DNA from: Thermomicrobiales bacterium
GTDB taxonomy: Bacteria; Chloroflexota; Chloroflexia; Thermomicrobiales; UBA6265
Direction of reading: 5' to 3'
Length of the DNA: 64,000 bases
Assembly: GCA_050696075.1 (NCBI GenBank)
Contig: JBOGUF010000045.1
Location: 13,129-77,128, forward strand
A program made the translations under genes and the position numbers. How positions within the stretch are numbered: the first letter of the stretch is position 1; each line of letters opens with the position of its first letter. The notes beneath the pieces are model-generated. The model had not been told where the DNA came from. It saw only the letters and a list, made by a program, of their open reading frames with translations, and did not search any database. Below are positions 54,115-64,000 of this stretch, in pieces.

Positions 54115-55038
54115 CTACCGGCGATTGGACTTTCCGGCGCCAATGGGAAGTTCGGCCGCGGCGGACTGAGGCTCATCCGACTCGGCGGTCAGATCCGCGT
54201 TCATCGTTTGCCCGTCCGTCCCGTTGGCGAGAACGCGGGCGCGTCCGTTGGATTTTCGACCATTCATCGACGCGAGCGCGCCGCCTTTGGCAGCCGATTG
54301 TTCGTCATCCGAGTGTCCTGCCGCTGGGAAAGAACCGGTGCGCTTCCAAGCCGCTGCCCTGGTGCGGCGGCGATCGAATGGGCGAATGGTCGCGGTCTCG
54401 CCGTCAGCAGTGACCACCGTCAGCGCCGCGACGGCGGGTTCAGGGGTCTCGGCTTCGGCGATCGAAGGCTCGTCCGTTACTGCAGGAGTCATTGCAACGA
54501 CGGGCGCGGCAACAGGTCGTGGCGCGCCCAAGGGCTTGCGCCGGCGGAGCGAAGGCGCCACCCAACGAGCGGCAGGCTCTTCAACCTTCTCCGGTTCGGC
54601 GGCTCGCTTACCACCCTGAACCTCGCCACAATATGGGCACATCGCCCATCGTAGATCGACGAGTCTGGCGCAGGCGACGCATGGTTCACGGAGTTGTGCT
54701 TGGCAATGGGGGCAAAGGAGGAAGTCGTCCTCAACGTACCGCTGGCAGGACGAACAAAGCGGCAACTCTTCCAAGTCCTGAAGCAGATATTCTTCCTCCA
54801 GTGAGCGTTGAAATGCCTCGTCGAGCGACTCCTTCGGTCGCAGGATCATGTATAGCAGGACACCGGGAACGTTAAAGAGCATGACCAACAGCGTCGAAAA
54901 GAGTTGAGTGACGACGCTTTTGCTGCGCGCCTCGATGTCGCGGTAGGCCCAAACGACCAACACGAACCAGAGCGCAACGAGATAGGCTCCCGAGAGCGCA
55001 ATCAGGACTTGAACTGATCGCGCAACAATTGCTTCCAT
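54115..55038 (-). CDS. membrane-anchored double zinc-ribbon protein with low-complexity tail
   Basis: Two N-terminal TM spans, with WAYRDIEARSK between them. The ribbon is CSSCQRYVEDDFLLCPHCQAQLREPCVACARLVDLRWAMCPYCGE. The C-terminal half is Ala/Pro-rich. Confidence 0.55.
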   Translation of the reverse strand: MEAIVARSVQVLIALSGAYLVALWFVLVVWAYRDIEARSKSVVTQLFSTLLVMLFNVPGVLLYMILRPKESLDEAFQRSLEEEYLLQDLEELPLCSSCQRYVEDDFLLCPHCQAQLREPCVACARLVDLRWAMCPYCGEVQGGKRAAEPEKVEEPAARWVAPSLRRRKPLGAPRPVAAPVVAMTPAVTDEPSIAEAETPEPAVAALTVVTADGETATIRPFDRRRTRAAAWKRTGSFPAAGHSDDEQSAAKGGALASMNGRKSNGRARVLANGTDGQTMNADLTAESDEPQSAAAELPIGAGKSNRR

Positions 55039-55080
55039 GCCAATGCTTCCCCGCGACCCCGCCTGAGTCGTACCCGCGTC

Positions 55081-55413
55081 TCAGGCGACCCGCTCGTAAC
55101 GCTCGACCTTCAGCACGAAGACCGTTGCGCCCCCCACCAAGACCTCGACGGGGTGAGACATGTAAAACTCGCCCGGCTCCATGATCGGCATCAAGGGATT
55201 GACGAACTGCGTGCGGGCGTGACAGCTCTCCTTGACGATCCGCAGGACATCCGCGACGTACGCTTCTTGAACGCCGATCAACAACGTCACGTTACTCTCT
55301 CGCAGAAAGCCACCCGCGCTGTTGATCTGCGTCGCCCGGTAGCCTCGCTTACTCAACGCCCGAAGAAGGGCCTCTGCGTCCTTCCCCTGGACCACCGCGA
55401 TCATCAGTCTCAT
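55081..55413 (-). CDS. darA: PII-like cyclic-di-AMP receptor (DarA/YaaQ family)
   Basis: 110 aa. MRLMIAVVQGKDAEALLRALSKRGYRATQINSAGGFLRESNVTLLIGV. Its position directly after tmk matches the Bacillus tmk-yaaQ arrangement. Confidence 0.7.
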   Translation of the reverse strand: MRLMIAVVQGKDAEALLRALSKRGYRATQINSAGGFLRESNVTLLIGVQEAYVADVLRIVKESCHARTQFVNPLMPIMEPGEFYMSHPVEVLVGGATVFVLKVERYERVA

Positions 55414-56096
55414 GCGTCCGAAGCGACCCTCTTCATCGTGGGTCGGTCAAGGACCGAGTGCCGTTTGCCAATGAGCCCAGATCGGCTCGCTACTGCTTCA
55501 ACGACCTGCCGGGCCACATCGCGCGGCTCTCCTGTTGCGTCGATCACCGCCCACCCTGCAGGATCCATGGCGGCCAATTCGAGGAACCGAGACCGCACCC
55601 GTTCGTGAAACTCCACTTCGGCGAGATCGATCCGATTGACGTCGGACCCTGACTGCATTCGACGCCGCAAGCCAACCTCCACCGGGAGATCAAGCAAGAG
55701 ACGCACGTCTGGCCGCAATCCACCGATCGCCAAGTCCTGTATGGCTTCGAGCTGCCTCGTCGGCAACCCGCGCCCTCCGCCCTGATACGCCAGCGTCGAA
55801 TCAACGAACCGATCGCAGATCACCACTTTGCCGTCCGTCAGCGCTGGGCGGATCAGTTCACCGACGTGTTGGGCGCGCGCGGCGGTGAGGAGCAACGCCT
55901 CGGTCTCAGCCAGCATAGCATAGTTACCCTCGTCCAACAGAATGCGGCGAATCTGCTCCCCGATCGACGTTCCTCCCGGTTCCCGCGTCTCGACGACGTC
56001 GTATCCCTCGCTACGCAGGACCTCTGCAAGCAATCGCGCCTGGGTCGATTTGCCCCCACCTTCGGGTCCCTCGAACGTCAGAAACGTCCCGCGCAC
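55410..56096 (-). CDS. tmk: dTMP kinase
   Basis: FLTFEGPEGGGKSTQARLL (P-loop), the DRF motif CDRFVDSTLAYQG, and a LID region. Confidence 0.9.
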   Translation of the reverse strand: MRGTFLTFEGPEGGGKSTQARLLAEVLRSEGYDVVETREPGGTSIGEQIRRILLDEGNYAMLAETEALLLTAARAQHVGELIRPALTDGKVVICDRFVDSTLAYQGGGRGLPTRQLEAIQDLAIGGLRPDVRLLLDLPVEVGLRRRMQSGSDVNRIDLAEVEFHERVRSRFLELAAMDPAGWAVIDATGEPRDVARQVVEAVASRSGLIGKRHSVLDRPTMKRVASDA

Positions 56097-56099
56097 GGC

Positions 56100-57959
56100 C
56101 TACTGCACGCCCTGGCGATAGATCTCGACGCGCCGATGCGGCTCCTTGCCTCGACTTCGTGACCCAAGGTTGTACCGATCGGCGAGTTGATGCTGAACTC
56201 GTCTCACGTACGAATCCCGGGGGGCCAACGCGATCGCTGGCGACCCATCGATCACGGCGCTGATCGCTTCTTCGGCCTCCAGAATCGCCGCGGTCATCCC
56301 ATCCGCGGGCTCGCCTTCGGGCACTTGCTCGTGCTTCGCCTCTGAATCACTGCCGCGACTTCCCGGCGGCAGGAGCGACGACAAGACGTTGGCCATCTGT
56401 TGGCCGGTATTCGATCGCAGGACGTACACCGCGGTGCCTCGGGTTTCCGCCTCGCGCAGCGGCTGTGGCTTCCGCCGGAAGTAGTTCTTGAGCGTCAGGA
56501 CGAGATCGGCGTCCCGTAGATCACGGACAATGACGGCCGGCACGCCAAGTTGACCGATTACCGATTCCAGTCGATTGCGGCTGACTCCAAACGGATAGAT
56601 CCGGAGCGGCTTCTCTTCTGTGCCTCGGCCACGGGGCAACGTTGGAGCCACGACCGGACTCGTTAGATCCTCCGCCTCTTGCTCACCTGGCGAGTCCTGA
56701 CCGCGCGGCGCACGCCCCTGCTGACGGGAACGGATATCGACGATGCCCCGCCTTGGTTCCGCCATCGCTTGGGGGTTGGCTCGCGCCGAGACGGCAGGAT
56801 CACGCCGCGCCTCTTCCGTCGTGGTGACGTCGACCTCGCCGTCCTCGTTACGCCGGCGGATCTCCGCCCGTACCGGCGCCCCGCGCAGCACGGCATCGAC
56901 CGTGGCGGCTACGTCGCGATGAACCGCGACCTCGTCCCGACTAATGATCTCGACCATGACGCCAAACGTCGGCGGAGCCTTCCGTTCCAAAATCGACTTC
57001 TGCGTGCCGCGCCGGCGCGCTTCCTCGTCGGACAGGGTGACCGACTGAATGCCGCCAATCAGGTCCGACAACGTCGGATTGAGCATGAGATTTTCCAGCG
57101 TGTTGCCATGGGCCGTGCCGATCAGTTGCACGCCCCGCTCGGCGATCGTGCGCGCCGCGACCGCCTCGAGTTCCGTCCCGATTTCATCGATGACGATGAC
57201 TTCGGGCATATGGTTCTCGACCGCTTCGATCATCACGGCATGCTGAGCAGTCGGCGTTGGCACTTGCATCCGCCGGGCGCGACCGATTGCCGGGTGAGGA
57301 ATATCCCCATCGCCGGCGATCTCGTTGCTGGTGTCCACCACGACCACGCGTTTGTGCAGGTCGTCCGCGAGCACGCGCGCCGTCTCGCGCAGCATCGTCG
57401 TCTTGCCGACGCCGGGGCGGCCGACCAAAAGCACGCTCTGGCCCGACTCGATCAAGTCGCTGATGATCGCGATGGTCCCGTAGACGGCCCGACCGATCCG
57501 GCAGGTCAAGCCGACGATGTCGCCCTGACGATTACGGATCGCGGAGATCCGATGGAGCGTACGTTCGATACCGGCGCGGTTGTCGTCTCCGAATTGTCCG
57601 ACGCGCTCCGCGACATGGCGCAGCTCATCGCGTGTGACGTCGTGATCGGAGAGGAGAAACTCTTCATCGCCTTGAAACCGCGCCTCAGGCGGCCGCCCGA
57701 GGTCCAACACAATCTCTATAAGGCCGCCACGATGCCGTTCGCGCTGCAAAGCGTCGATCGCCTCGGCCATCGACCGTGGCAATACACCCAGCAGGTCCTC
57801 CAGATTGTCGGTGATCTCGCGTTCGTAGAGCTTGCGATCGTAGAGGTCGTCGTGCATATGAGGCATGCTCGTCAATCGAAACTCCTCAAGGACGGAGGCG
57901 TCGCAAGGGATCGACGCCAGCACAGCGGGAACCGAAGGGGCTGGCGAACTCGTCGCCAC
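56100..57959 (-). CDS. Ycf45/SpoIIIAA-like AAA ATPase with C-terminal R3H domain
   Basis: Walker [17 protein letters not shown], Walker B VIVIDEIG, and the R3H-type end [37 protein letters not shown]. The start is uncertain (57866 is possible). Confidence 0.75.
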   Translation of the reverse strand: MATSSPAPSVPAVLASIPCDASVLEEFRLTSMPHMHDDLYDRKLYEREITDNLEDLLGVLPRSMAEAIDALQRERHRGGLIEIVLDLGRPPEARFQGDEEFLLSDHDVTRDELRHVAERVGQFGDDNRAGIERTLHRISAIRNRQGDIVGLTCRIGRAVYGTIAIISDLIESGQSVLLVGRPGVGKTTMLRETARVLADDLHKRVVVVDTSNEIAGDGDIPHPAIGRARRMQVPTPTAQHAVMIEAVENHMPEVIVIDEIGTELEAVAARTIAERGVQLIGTAHGNTLENLMLNPTLSDLIGGIQSVTLSDEEARRRGTQKSILERKAPPTFGVMVEIISRDEVAVHRDVAATVDAVLRGAPVRAEIRRRNEDGEVDVTTTEEARRDPAVSARANPQAMAEPRRGIVDIRSRQQGRAPRGQDSPGEQEAEDLTSPVVAPTLPRGRGTEEKPLRIYPFGVSRNRLESVIGQLGVPAVIVRDLRDADLVLTLKNYFRRKPQPLREAETRGTAVYVLRSNTGQQMANVLSSLLPPGSRGSDSEAKHEQVPEGEPADGMTAAILEAEEAISAVIDGSPAIALAPRDSYVRRVQHQLADRYNLGSRSRGKEPHRRVEIYRQGVQ

Positions 57960-57979
57960 GCCCGACGCGCGGCGAGCCG

Positions 57980-59158
57980 TTAGGTCGCCGCCTCATCTGG
58001 CGGTCGGCTTTGCAGGAAGGATGGTACGCGCTTTGGCATTTTTTCATTCACCTCCGTGTGAAAGACCACTGATTCCGTCGCGGGTATGCGCACGTTTGCC
58101 GTTGTGTATTTCAGGTGCAGTTCCTGTTCCAGTATCGAAACGAATCCGCGCCGCTCCAAGAATGTGTCTGCCTCCATCTGGTAGCCGCGAACCGCGCAAT
58201 AGATCTGCCGCGTAGGTCGCCCGTCTACCAATCGCGAAAGCACGCCGTCAAGAAGCAATTCAAGGGTGTCTCGTCGTTCAGGGTGATAAAGCAACTCCAG
58301 AATATGCGCGCAGCCCAAGGTCAGCACGCGGGCATAACCGACGACGTGATGACCGTCCTCGATCAACCACCCGGCCGCCTCGGTCCCCGGTTGCACCTCG
58401 AACCGGGTCTTGACATCCCATCGATGGCTGGTGAAAGCTTCCGCATACTGCACTTGGCGCGGCACCGCGACGTTGTAGAGCTGGTGTATGGCCCAGGTAT
58501 CGGACTGTTCCTGGGATCGGAGTCCCGCCCCTTGCGCCAGTGCTTTCGGCGTTCGCGCCAGGAAGACCGTCTCTGTCGCGTACGGCGCGAAGCCAACCGC
58601 CTTCAACGATTGGACCACCGGCGTTTCGCGTACCGCCCGTGCATAGAGCCGCTTGACGCCACGCGAGCCGGCTGTAACGGTCGCCTGCGCCACCAGATCT
58701 TCCCAGACGAGCACAGCATCTTCGGCGGCGGTCGCCGCGCCCAGCGCGATCAACTGCCATCGTTGGTCGGGCGCGTTCGATTGAAAGTGCGCAAAGCCGA
58801 CCATTGCGTCGGAGGCATGCGCCACAAAGAACCGCGGCTTCGCGCGTCCGCTCGTCGCCAGCGCAGCCGCTGCCGATCGCAACGGGCTGTACGGAGTGAG
58901 ATGAACTTCAGGCTGATTCAGTCGGACCACCGTCCGCATACCGCGCACGGCCGGCAGATCCAGTAGCCGAACGCCACGCACGCGTACCCGCGGCCTGGAT
59001 CGATACGAGTCCTGGCGCTCTTCCTCAGGAGGCATTCCGTCTGATTCAGGCTCAAGGGCAGTCACGATGGTCGAGGAAGCGGTCGCTGTCGCATCCTCCC
59101 GCGGGGTCGAGGCGGGCTGCAATCGAGTCTCGCCAAGCGCCTTCGAGATCTCCATCAT
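57980..59158 (-). CDS. hypothetical protein, possibly a tandem GNAT-like fold
   Basis: 392-aa ORF with coding-like composition. There is weak GNAT-like resemblance (...[31 protein letters not shown]...). The function is not supported. Confidence 0.4.
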   Translation of the reverse strand: MMEISKALGETRLQPASTPREDATATASSTIVTALEPESDGMPPEEERQDSYRSRPRVRVRGVRLLDLPAVRGMRTVVRLNQPEVHLTPYSPLRSAAAALATSGRAKPRFFVAHASDAMVGFAHFQSNAPDQRWQLIALGAATAAEDAVLVWEDLVAQATVTAGSRGVKRLYARAVRETPVVQSLKAVGFAPYATETVFLARTPKALAQGAGLRSQEQSDTWAIHQLYNVAVPRQVQYAEAFTSHRWDVKTRFEVQPGTEAAGWLIEDGHHVVGYARVLTLGCAHILELLYHPERRDTLELLLDGVLSRLVDGRPTRQIYCAVRGYQMEADTFLERRGFVSILEQELHLKYTTANVRIPATESVVFHTEVNEKMPKRVPSFLQSRPPDEAAT

Positions 59159-59195
59159 CTTCGATTCTACCGTTCAAACACGCCATCCGCAATGC

Positions 59196-59804
59196 TTAGA
59201 GCGCTCGCCGACCAACGAGTGCTCGACCCAGGGTCACCTCGTCCGCGTACTCAAGATCACCGCCGACTGGCAGTCCGCTGGCTGGGCGGGTGACATTCAC
59301 GCCCAATGGCACGAGAAGCCGGTGTAGATACGTGGCAGTGGCCTCGCCCGGGATGTCCAAATTGGTGGCCAGAATGACTTCGTCGGGACGTTCTCCCCGA
59401 ATACGCTTCAACAATTCCTGGATCTTCAGTCTTTCCGGGCCGATACCGTCGATAGGAGAAATTGCACCATGCAAGACGTGATAGCGCCCTTTGAACTGTC
59501 CAGTCCGTTCGAGGGCAGCGACATCGAGCGGTTCCTCAACCACACAGATCGCCCCGTCGCGCCCCGGATCCGCGCAGACGGCGCAGGGGTCGCCTTCGGT
59601 GATGTTGAAACAGTTCGAACAGAGGCGGACCCGTTCCTTCACCTCGAGAATGGCCTCAGCCAGTCCGTTGGCGTCCTCCGCGGTGGCACGCAAGAGAAAG
59701 TAGGCCAGGCGAGAGGCGGTCTTGGGACCAATCCCTGGGAGCTTTGCAAATTCGTCGATCAGTCGCGCGACGGGTCGCGCGGTCACGTGAGAACTCTGCA
59801 TCAA
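59196..59804 (-). CDS. recR: recombination protein RecR
   Basis: HhH motif [17 protein letters not shown], zinc finger [16 protein letters not shown], and a Toprim region. Confidence 0.9.
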   Translation of the reverse strand: MMQSSHVTARPVARLIDEFAKLPGIGPKTASRLAYFLLRATAEDANGLAEAILEVKERVRLCSNCFNITEGDPCAVCADPGRDGAICVVEEPLDVAALERTGQFKGRYHVLHGAISPIDGIGPERLKIQELLKRIRGERPDEVILATNLDIPGEATATYLHRLLVPLGVNVTRPASGLPVGGDLEYADEVTLGRALVGRRAL

Positions 59805-60126
59805 GGCCCGGCCCTACGAGTCGGCACGTCGTTCGTCGGCGCCCCCCGCTGATCGTCGCCACGGCATGCGGACGAATGTTCCATTTTACCATGTTCCTCG
59901 CGAATTCACCGAGCTTTGTCGGCAGAATGTGCATTGATTGCTACGCAGATCGGCCCGACTTCATGTCCACTGATCGCTTGCCATTGCGTTGGGGGCAAAG
60001 CTCTGATAGTGTGTGGGCGTCGCGAAACGTGCACACGCCGATTTCGCCTGGCGGGCACCCCGGCGCAGTTTGGCCGCGCCTTGCTCGATGGGTGCATCCG
60101 GGCTCATCGTGCGAGGGAGGTTACCC

Positions 60127-60426
60127 GTGGAGTTCGAGGACCAGACGCTGACTTGCCGCGAGTGCAGTCAACCATTCACGTGGACAGCCGGCGAGCAGTC
60201 CTTCTACCAAGAAAAAGGGCTGACGAACATCCCCGCCCGCTGTCCGTCTTGCCGCTCAAATCGCAAAGCCCGGTTGGGTCTGCAAGAACGGGTCCAGTCC
60301 GAGGTAACGTGCGCCGAGTGTGGCCAAACGACAACCGTTCCGTTTGTTCCGCGCAACGGCAACCCGGTCTATTGTTCTCGATGCTTTGAGCGGGTGCGAG
60401 CGTCTCGTTCTGTCGCCACCATGTGA
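60127..60426 (+). CDS. CxxC-x17-CxxC zinc-ribbon protein
   Basis: GTG 60127 follows GAGGGAGG. Two ribbons are present: CRECSQPFTWTAGEQSFYQEKGLTNIPARCPSC and CAECGQTTTVPFVPRNGNPVYCSRC. Confidence 0.6.
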   Translation: MEFEDQTLTCRECSQPFTWTAGEQSFYQEKGLTNIPARCPSCRSNRKARLGLQERVQSEVTCAECGQTTTVPFVPRNGNPVYCSRCFERVRASRSVATM

Positions 60427-60438
60427 ACGCAATTGGGT

Positions 60439-60492
60439 GAGACGGCCGATCCTGGGGACCGTGCCGACCGTCCCCGGGGCGGTCTCTTTTTT
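60439..60492 (+). terminator. intrinsic terminator after the zinc-ribbon gene
   Basis: A compound hairpin. The outer stem is GAGACGGCC/GGCGGTCTC with one mismatch, and the inner stem is GGGGAC/GTCCCC. It is followed by TTTTTT at 60487-60492. Confidence 0.7.
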
Positions 60493-60515
60493 CATGCCTG
60501 TTCGGCGGAACCGGT

Positions 60516-62792
60516 TCATCCCTCATCGGCCAGCACAGTTCGCGCCTTAATCCCATCCGACGGTCCAATGACTCCGTCGTATTCCATCCGCTCTATCAAT
60601 CGTGCCGCCCGGTTATAGCCGATCCGCAGTCGCCGCTGCAGCATCGACGCGGAGGCGGTTCCTTCTCGCCGCACGATCTCCATCGCCTGCTCGAAGAGTG
60701 GGTCGTCCGCGCCGACTTCCTCCGACATGTTGCCACTCGGCAGTTCCAACCACTCCTTGGCGTATTGCGGCACCGGCGCCACCGTATGCCAGTGGTGCAC
60801 GATATAGTGAACGTCCTTGTCCTCGATAAAGGCACCCTGGATGCGCACCGGCTTCGCCGCGTCTGGCGGCAAGAAAAGCATGTCACCCTGTCCAAGCAGT
60901 CGCTCCGCTCCCGGCAAGTCCAGAATCACCCGGCTGTCGGTGAGCGACGTCACCGCGAAGGCGATGCGTGCTGGCACGTTCGCTTTGATCAGGCCAGTCA
61001 AGACGTCAACCGTCGGTCGTTGCGTGGCAATAATCAGGTGAATACCCGTCGCTCGCGCCATCTGCGCGAGCCGCACCAAAAGGGTCTCCACCTCGTCGGG
61101 CGCGGTCATCATCAAATCAGCCAACTCGTCGATGAGGACGACCAGATAGGGCAATTTCTCGGCACGCGGCTCGTCGGCCACTTTCATCCTGTAGCCATCG
61201 AGATTGCGCACGCCGATCTTCTGAAATAGGGTATAGCGTCGTTCCATCTCCTGGACAACGAGTCGCAGCGCACCGACGACTTTGTCCCGTTCGGTCACCA
61301 CCGGACACTGCAAGTGTGGCACGCCGTTGTACCCGGTCAGTTCGACCATCTTGGGATCGATCATCAGCAGTTTGAGTTCGTCGGGACCGCGCGTGAGGAA
61401 GAAAGTCGAGATGATGCTGTTGAGGCAGATGCTCTTGCCCGAACCGGTCGCGCCCGCGATCAGCAGGTGCGGCATCCGAGTCAGATCGCCGACGACGTAC
61501 CGGCCATTAACGTCCCGCCCCAGCGGTACGGGTAGCTTCGCTTTACCGCGTTGGAACGAGAGCGACTCCAGTGTCTCGCGCAAACCGACTTTCGAGATCT
61601 CCTCGTTCGGGATCTCGATCCCCACGCGGGCCATACCCGGAATCGGCGCCTCGATTCGAATACTCGGCGCGGCTAGAGCCAACGCCAGATCATGTTGAAG
61701 CTCCGTGATCCGTCGGACCTTGATGCCTGGCCCCGGCTCGAGCGTAAACTGGGTCACCGCTGGCCCAGGATTGATTTCGCGCACCCGTGCGTCGACCTTG
61801 AAACTCATCAGCGTGTCCTCGATGCGACGCGCTCTGGCCTCCAGATCGCCCGTGTCCAGGGTGACGCCTTCGTACAGTGCGAGCTTATCGATCTCGGGCA
61901 ATGGCAGCGGCTCTCCCGACGTCACGGGGGCAATCTTCACTGCATTGGACGCCGGAGGCGCGTTGACCCCCTTTGCCGGCAGGTTGATCACCGGTGGCCC
62001 CGGCGGCTCGATCTCGGCCAGCCCGGTTCGTCTCGCCCTGTGGGCCGACGAATCCGGCGCTACCTCCGCCTCCGGTTCGTGCGACGCACGTCTGAGCCAG
62101 AGGGCTGTCAGTTCATTCCAGAGCGTCAGCACGTCCGTTCCGGCGAGCAGAAACACGCCGAAACAGCCCACCACGAAGAGGACCGGACCAGCGCCGAACT
62201 CGCCCAGTCCGCCGGTCAGCAGGGTAGCCACGGCGACGCCGAGTCTACCGCCACCCGCTGCCTCACCTGCAGCCGCGAGTTCCAACAATCCGACAACGGC
62301 GACGACGAATCCGAACGCGCCCAAGTAGTGCCGTGGGAGGAGAATGGGCTCTTCGTGCCGGCGAAACGCGCGAACCGCACAAAGGAGCAGCATGAGCGGC
62401 ACGAGAAAACTGCCACGCTCGAGGGTATCCTCGAGCGTCCGCGCCCCCCAGGCGACGACCCGGCCATCCCGCTCCGCGCTACCAAGCGCCCAGGCGCTCA
62501 GCAAACCGAGTAAGAGCGCGACGACGCCGGTGATCTCCCGCCGAAGCCGGTCAGACACCGCGAATTCGGGCATGAAACCAGTCAGGCCGTGGCCGAGCTT
62601 GCGTACTTTGGTGAAGAGTGGCACGGTGTCGCCGGCCCGTTGCCTTGATGAACGGCGACCATCTTTCTTGGCGGTGGCGCCAGCGCGAGACCGGGTTTGC
62701 GTGGCCATTCTTGCGATCTCTACCGAGCGGCCGGCAACGCCAGCCTTGCTGTTGACGCACGCTGGACGCTGATGCGGGTGTACGTTCAGCAT
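60516..62792 (-). CDS. ftsK: DNA translocase FtsK/SpoIIIE
   Basis: N-terminal TM segments. Walker A LLIAGATGSGKSICLNS, Walker B LVVLIDELADLMM, and the C-terminal gamma wHTH ASASMLQRRLRIGYNRAARLIE. The start may be 62708. Confidence 0.85.
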   Translation of the reverse strand: MLNVHPHQRPACVNSKAGVAGRSVEIARMATQTRSRAGATAKKDGRRSSRQRAGDTVPLFTKVRKLGHGLTGFMPEFAVSDRLRREITGVVALLLGLLSAWALGSAERDGRVVAWGARTLEDTLERGSFLVPLMLLLCAVRAFRRHEEPILLPRHYLGAFGFVVAVVGLLELAAAGEAAGGGRLGVAVATLLTGGLGEFGAGPVLFVVGCFGVFLLAGTDVLTLWNELTALWLRRASHEPEAEVAPDSSAHRARRTGLAEIEPPGPPVINLPAKGVNAPPASNAVKIAPVTSGEPLPLPEIDKLALYEGVTLDTGDLEARARRIEDTLMSFKVDARVREINPGPAVTQFTLEPGPGIKVRRITELQHDLALALAAPSIRIEAPIPGMARVGIEIPNEEISKVGLRETLESLSFQRGKAKLPVPLGRDVNGRYVVGDLTRMPHLLIAGATGSGKSICLNSIISTFFLTRGPDELKLLMIDPKMVELTGYNGVPHLQCPVVTERDKVVGALRLVVQEMERRYTLFQKIGVRNLDGYRMKVADEPRAEKLPYLVVLIDELADLMMTAPDEVETLLVRLAQMARATGIHLIIATQRPTVDVLTGLIKANVPARIAFAVTSLTDSRVILDLPGAERLLGQGDMLFLPPDAAKPVRIQGAFIEDKDVHYIVHHWHTVAPVPQYAKEWLELPSGNMSEEVGADDPLFEQAMEIVRREGTASASMLQRRLRIGYNRAARLIERMEYDGVIGPSDGIKARTVLADEG

Positions 62793-62845
62793 GTACGGTT
62801 AGTATACACCACTGCTCGGCGCCGGTTGCGAACGGGGCGCGCAAG

Positions 62846-63598
62846 TTAACGCAGCCAGCCACCTAGCGCCAGCGGCGCCGTCGGTTCGGCGCTTCCCGCG
62901 TCCGGCTCGGCCGAAAGGCCGATGGCCCAGTACGCGGCGAAAGGCTCCGGCGCTCGGATCAAGCCCTGAACAATATCGTCAGGACCTCCTGCGATCGAAC
63001 CGGCGCTGATCCGTTCTCCCGATTCGGTGAACAACCAGATTTGGTAACGCTGATCGGCTGGGAGCATGGGCAGTCCGTGGGCGAAGAGAAAAGCGTCGTT
63101 CGACGTCGGATCGGTGTAGAGAACGCCGCCGGCGTTGAGGCCAAGCTCACTGTCCGTCAGCGGGTGGGCAGCCGAGGGATCGGCGATCAGCGCCGCGATG
63201 GTCGTCCGCTCGTCAAGCCGTTGGTCTAACGCGCGATTCCACACCGTCAGGCCAACCACTAGCGCGACAACCGCCGCCGCCAAACCGATCCAAGCTACAC
63301 CCTTCGGCCAAGGCGTCACACGACGACGCTGGTCTGACTCCATCAGAACGCTTGACGCCGAGTCTGCCGATTGGCGTGCGTGAGCCAGGACCGCGGCTTT
63401 GACGCCAGGACGTGGCGGCGCGACTTCGACGAGCACGCCCACTGTCTCCAGTATGATCGCAAGATCTCGTTGGCAGATGCCGCAGTGCTTGATGTGCGCC
63501 TCGACCCGCCGGAGATCGCCGTCGTCAAGCGCGCCCACCGCGTAATCGGGGAGCATCTCAGCGCTTTCCGTGTGGTCGAACGCCTGCCGATCGTTCAT
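62846..63598 (-). CDS. anti-sigma factor (zf-HC2 N-terminus, RskA-like C-terminus)
   Basis: zf-HC2 motif HIKHCGICQRDL. It has a central TM span (IGLAAAVVALVVGLTVW) and an extracytoplasmic C-terminal domain. It lies downstream of the ECF sigma gene. Confidence 0.7.
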   Translation of the reverse strand: MNDRQAFDHTESAEMLPDYAVGALDDGDLRRVEAHIKHCGICQRDLAIILETVGVLVEVAPPRPGVKAAVLAHARQSADSASSVLMESDQRRRVTPWPKGVAWIGLAAAVVALVVGLTVWNRALDQRLDERTTIAALIADPSAAHPLTDSELGLNAGGVLYTDPTSNDAFLFAHGLPMLPADQRYQIWLFTESGERISAGSIAGGPDDIVQGLIRAPEPFAAYWAIGLSAEPDAGSAEPTAPLALGGWLR

Positions 63599-63639
63599 CT
63601 GCTCGATCCTGATTCGATCATCATGCTCATTAGCGCATA

Positions 63640-64000
63640 TCAGTCGTATTCCAGATGCGTCTCTTCGGCGATTGCTCGCAGCTTGTGAATGCCTCGCCGC
63701 ATCCGGCTTTTCACCGTGCCCAGCGGTTCGCGCAGCTCCCGCGCGATGTCCGATTGGCTGTAGCCGGACGCGTAGAGTTCAAGCACGGTCCGCTCGTCGC
63801 GGGTCAATCGTTTGAGCGCGTCGGTCAAGTGCGATCGGCGCATTGTGAGCCATGCCGCCTCTTCTGGTCCCGGACCGGCACCGGGTAAGAGGTCGAGGTC
63901 GGGCGGCTCGTTGCTGTTGCTCACCATGGCATCGTGCTGGCGCCGCCGTCGGACTCGCCGAAGCTCGTTGAGGGCTTGGTGATGCGCGATCCCCATCAGC
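63640..64000 (-). CDS. ECF-type sigma-70 factor, C-terminal part (N-terminus beyond the window)
   Basis: Region 4 reads ERTVLELYASGYSQSDIARELREPLGTVKSRMRRG. The reading frame is open to the window edge. Confidence 0.75.
   Translation of the reverse strand, partial: LMGIAHHQALNELRRVRRRRQHDAMVSNSNEPPDLDLLPGAGPGPEEAAWLTMRRSHLTDALKRLTRDERTVLELYASGYSQSDIARELREPLGTVKSRMRRGIHKLRAIAEETHLEYD

Overview
This is a 64-kb, high-GC, densely coding bacterial chromosome segment. I estimate about 65% G+C by eye, with only a few lines hand-counted. The gene content includes system II cytochrome c biogenesis, darA-tmk, a Ycf45-like R3H ATPase, a SpoIIE-type phosphatase and glcDEF. That fits a Terrabacteria lineage such as Chloroflexota/Thermomicrobia, but this is only a guess.

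Part A (1 to ~20.2 kb) looks like the right-hand portion of an integrated mobile element. Its left end is outside the window. Its right end lies beside tRNA-Asp(GTC) and is marked by an XRE-type HTH gene plus a large serine recombinase.

The cargo is a defence island made of:
- an SNF2 helicase
- a 1518-aa N6-adenine DNA methyltransferase
- an AbiEi/AbiEii toxin-antitoxin pair on the opposite strand
- a 1722-aa DExH helicase with a DUF1998-type zinc domain and a DUF559/Vsr-like nuclease-fold tail

This resembles class 1 DISARM (DrmD, DrmMI, DrmA, DrmB) but is non-canonical. It has no PLD nuclease, the helicase and DUF1998 modules are fused, there are extra terminal domains, and a TA module is nested inside. 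I consider it the best candidate for an undescribed system variant.

Part B (~20.2-64 kb) is ordinary core genome:
- a MoxR ATPase
- a surface-polysaccharide locus (GT4, flippase-like protein, two O-antigen-ligase-like paralogues, GH-like protein)
- a GAF histidine kinase, glcDEF, an EVE-domain protein, a ferredoxin and OsmC
- tmRNA with smpB, then aroC, a peptide-binding protein and an HD-GYP protein
- trmD, recO, ccdA-resB-ccsA-tlpA and an NrtR-like regulator with nadK
- darA-tmk, an R3H ATPase, recR, ftsK and an ECF sigma/anti-sigma pair

The most unusual core-region signal is an AT-richer intergenic region (43815-44536). It holds a perfect 4x15-bp tandem repeat that encodes a Shine-Dalgarno-preceded mini-ORF, MMIHA(NVKWS)x4, plus a second mini-ORF ending in the same NVKWS unit.

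All family calls come from motif recognition by eye. No searches were run.
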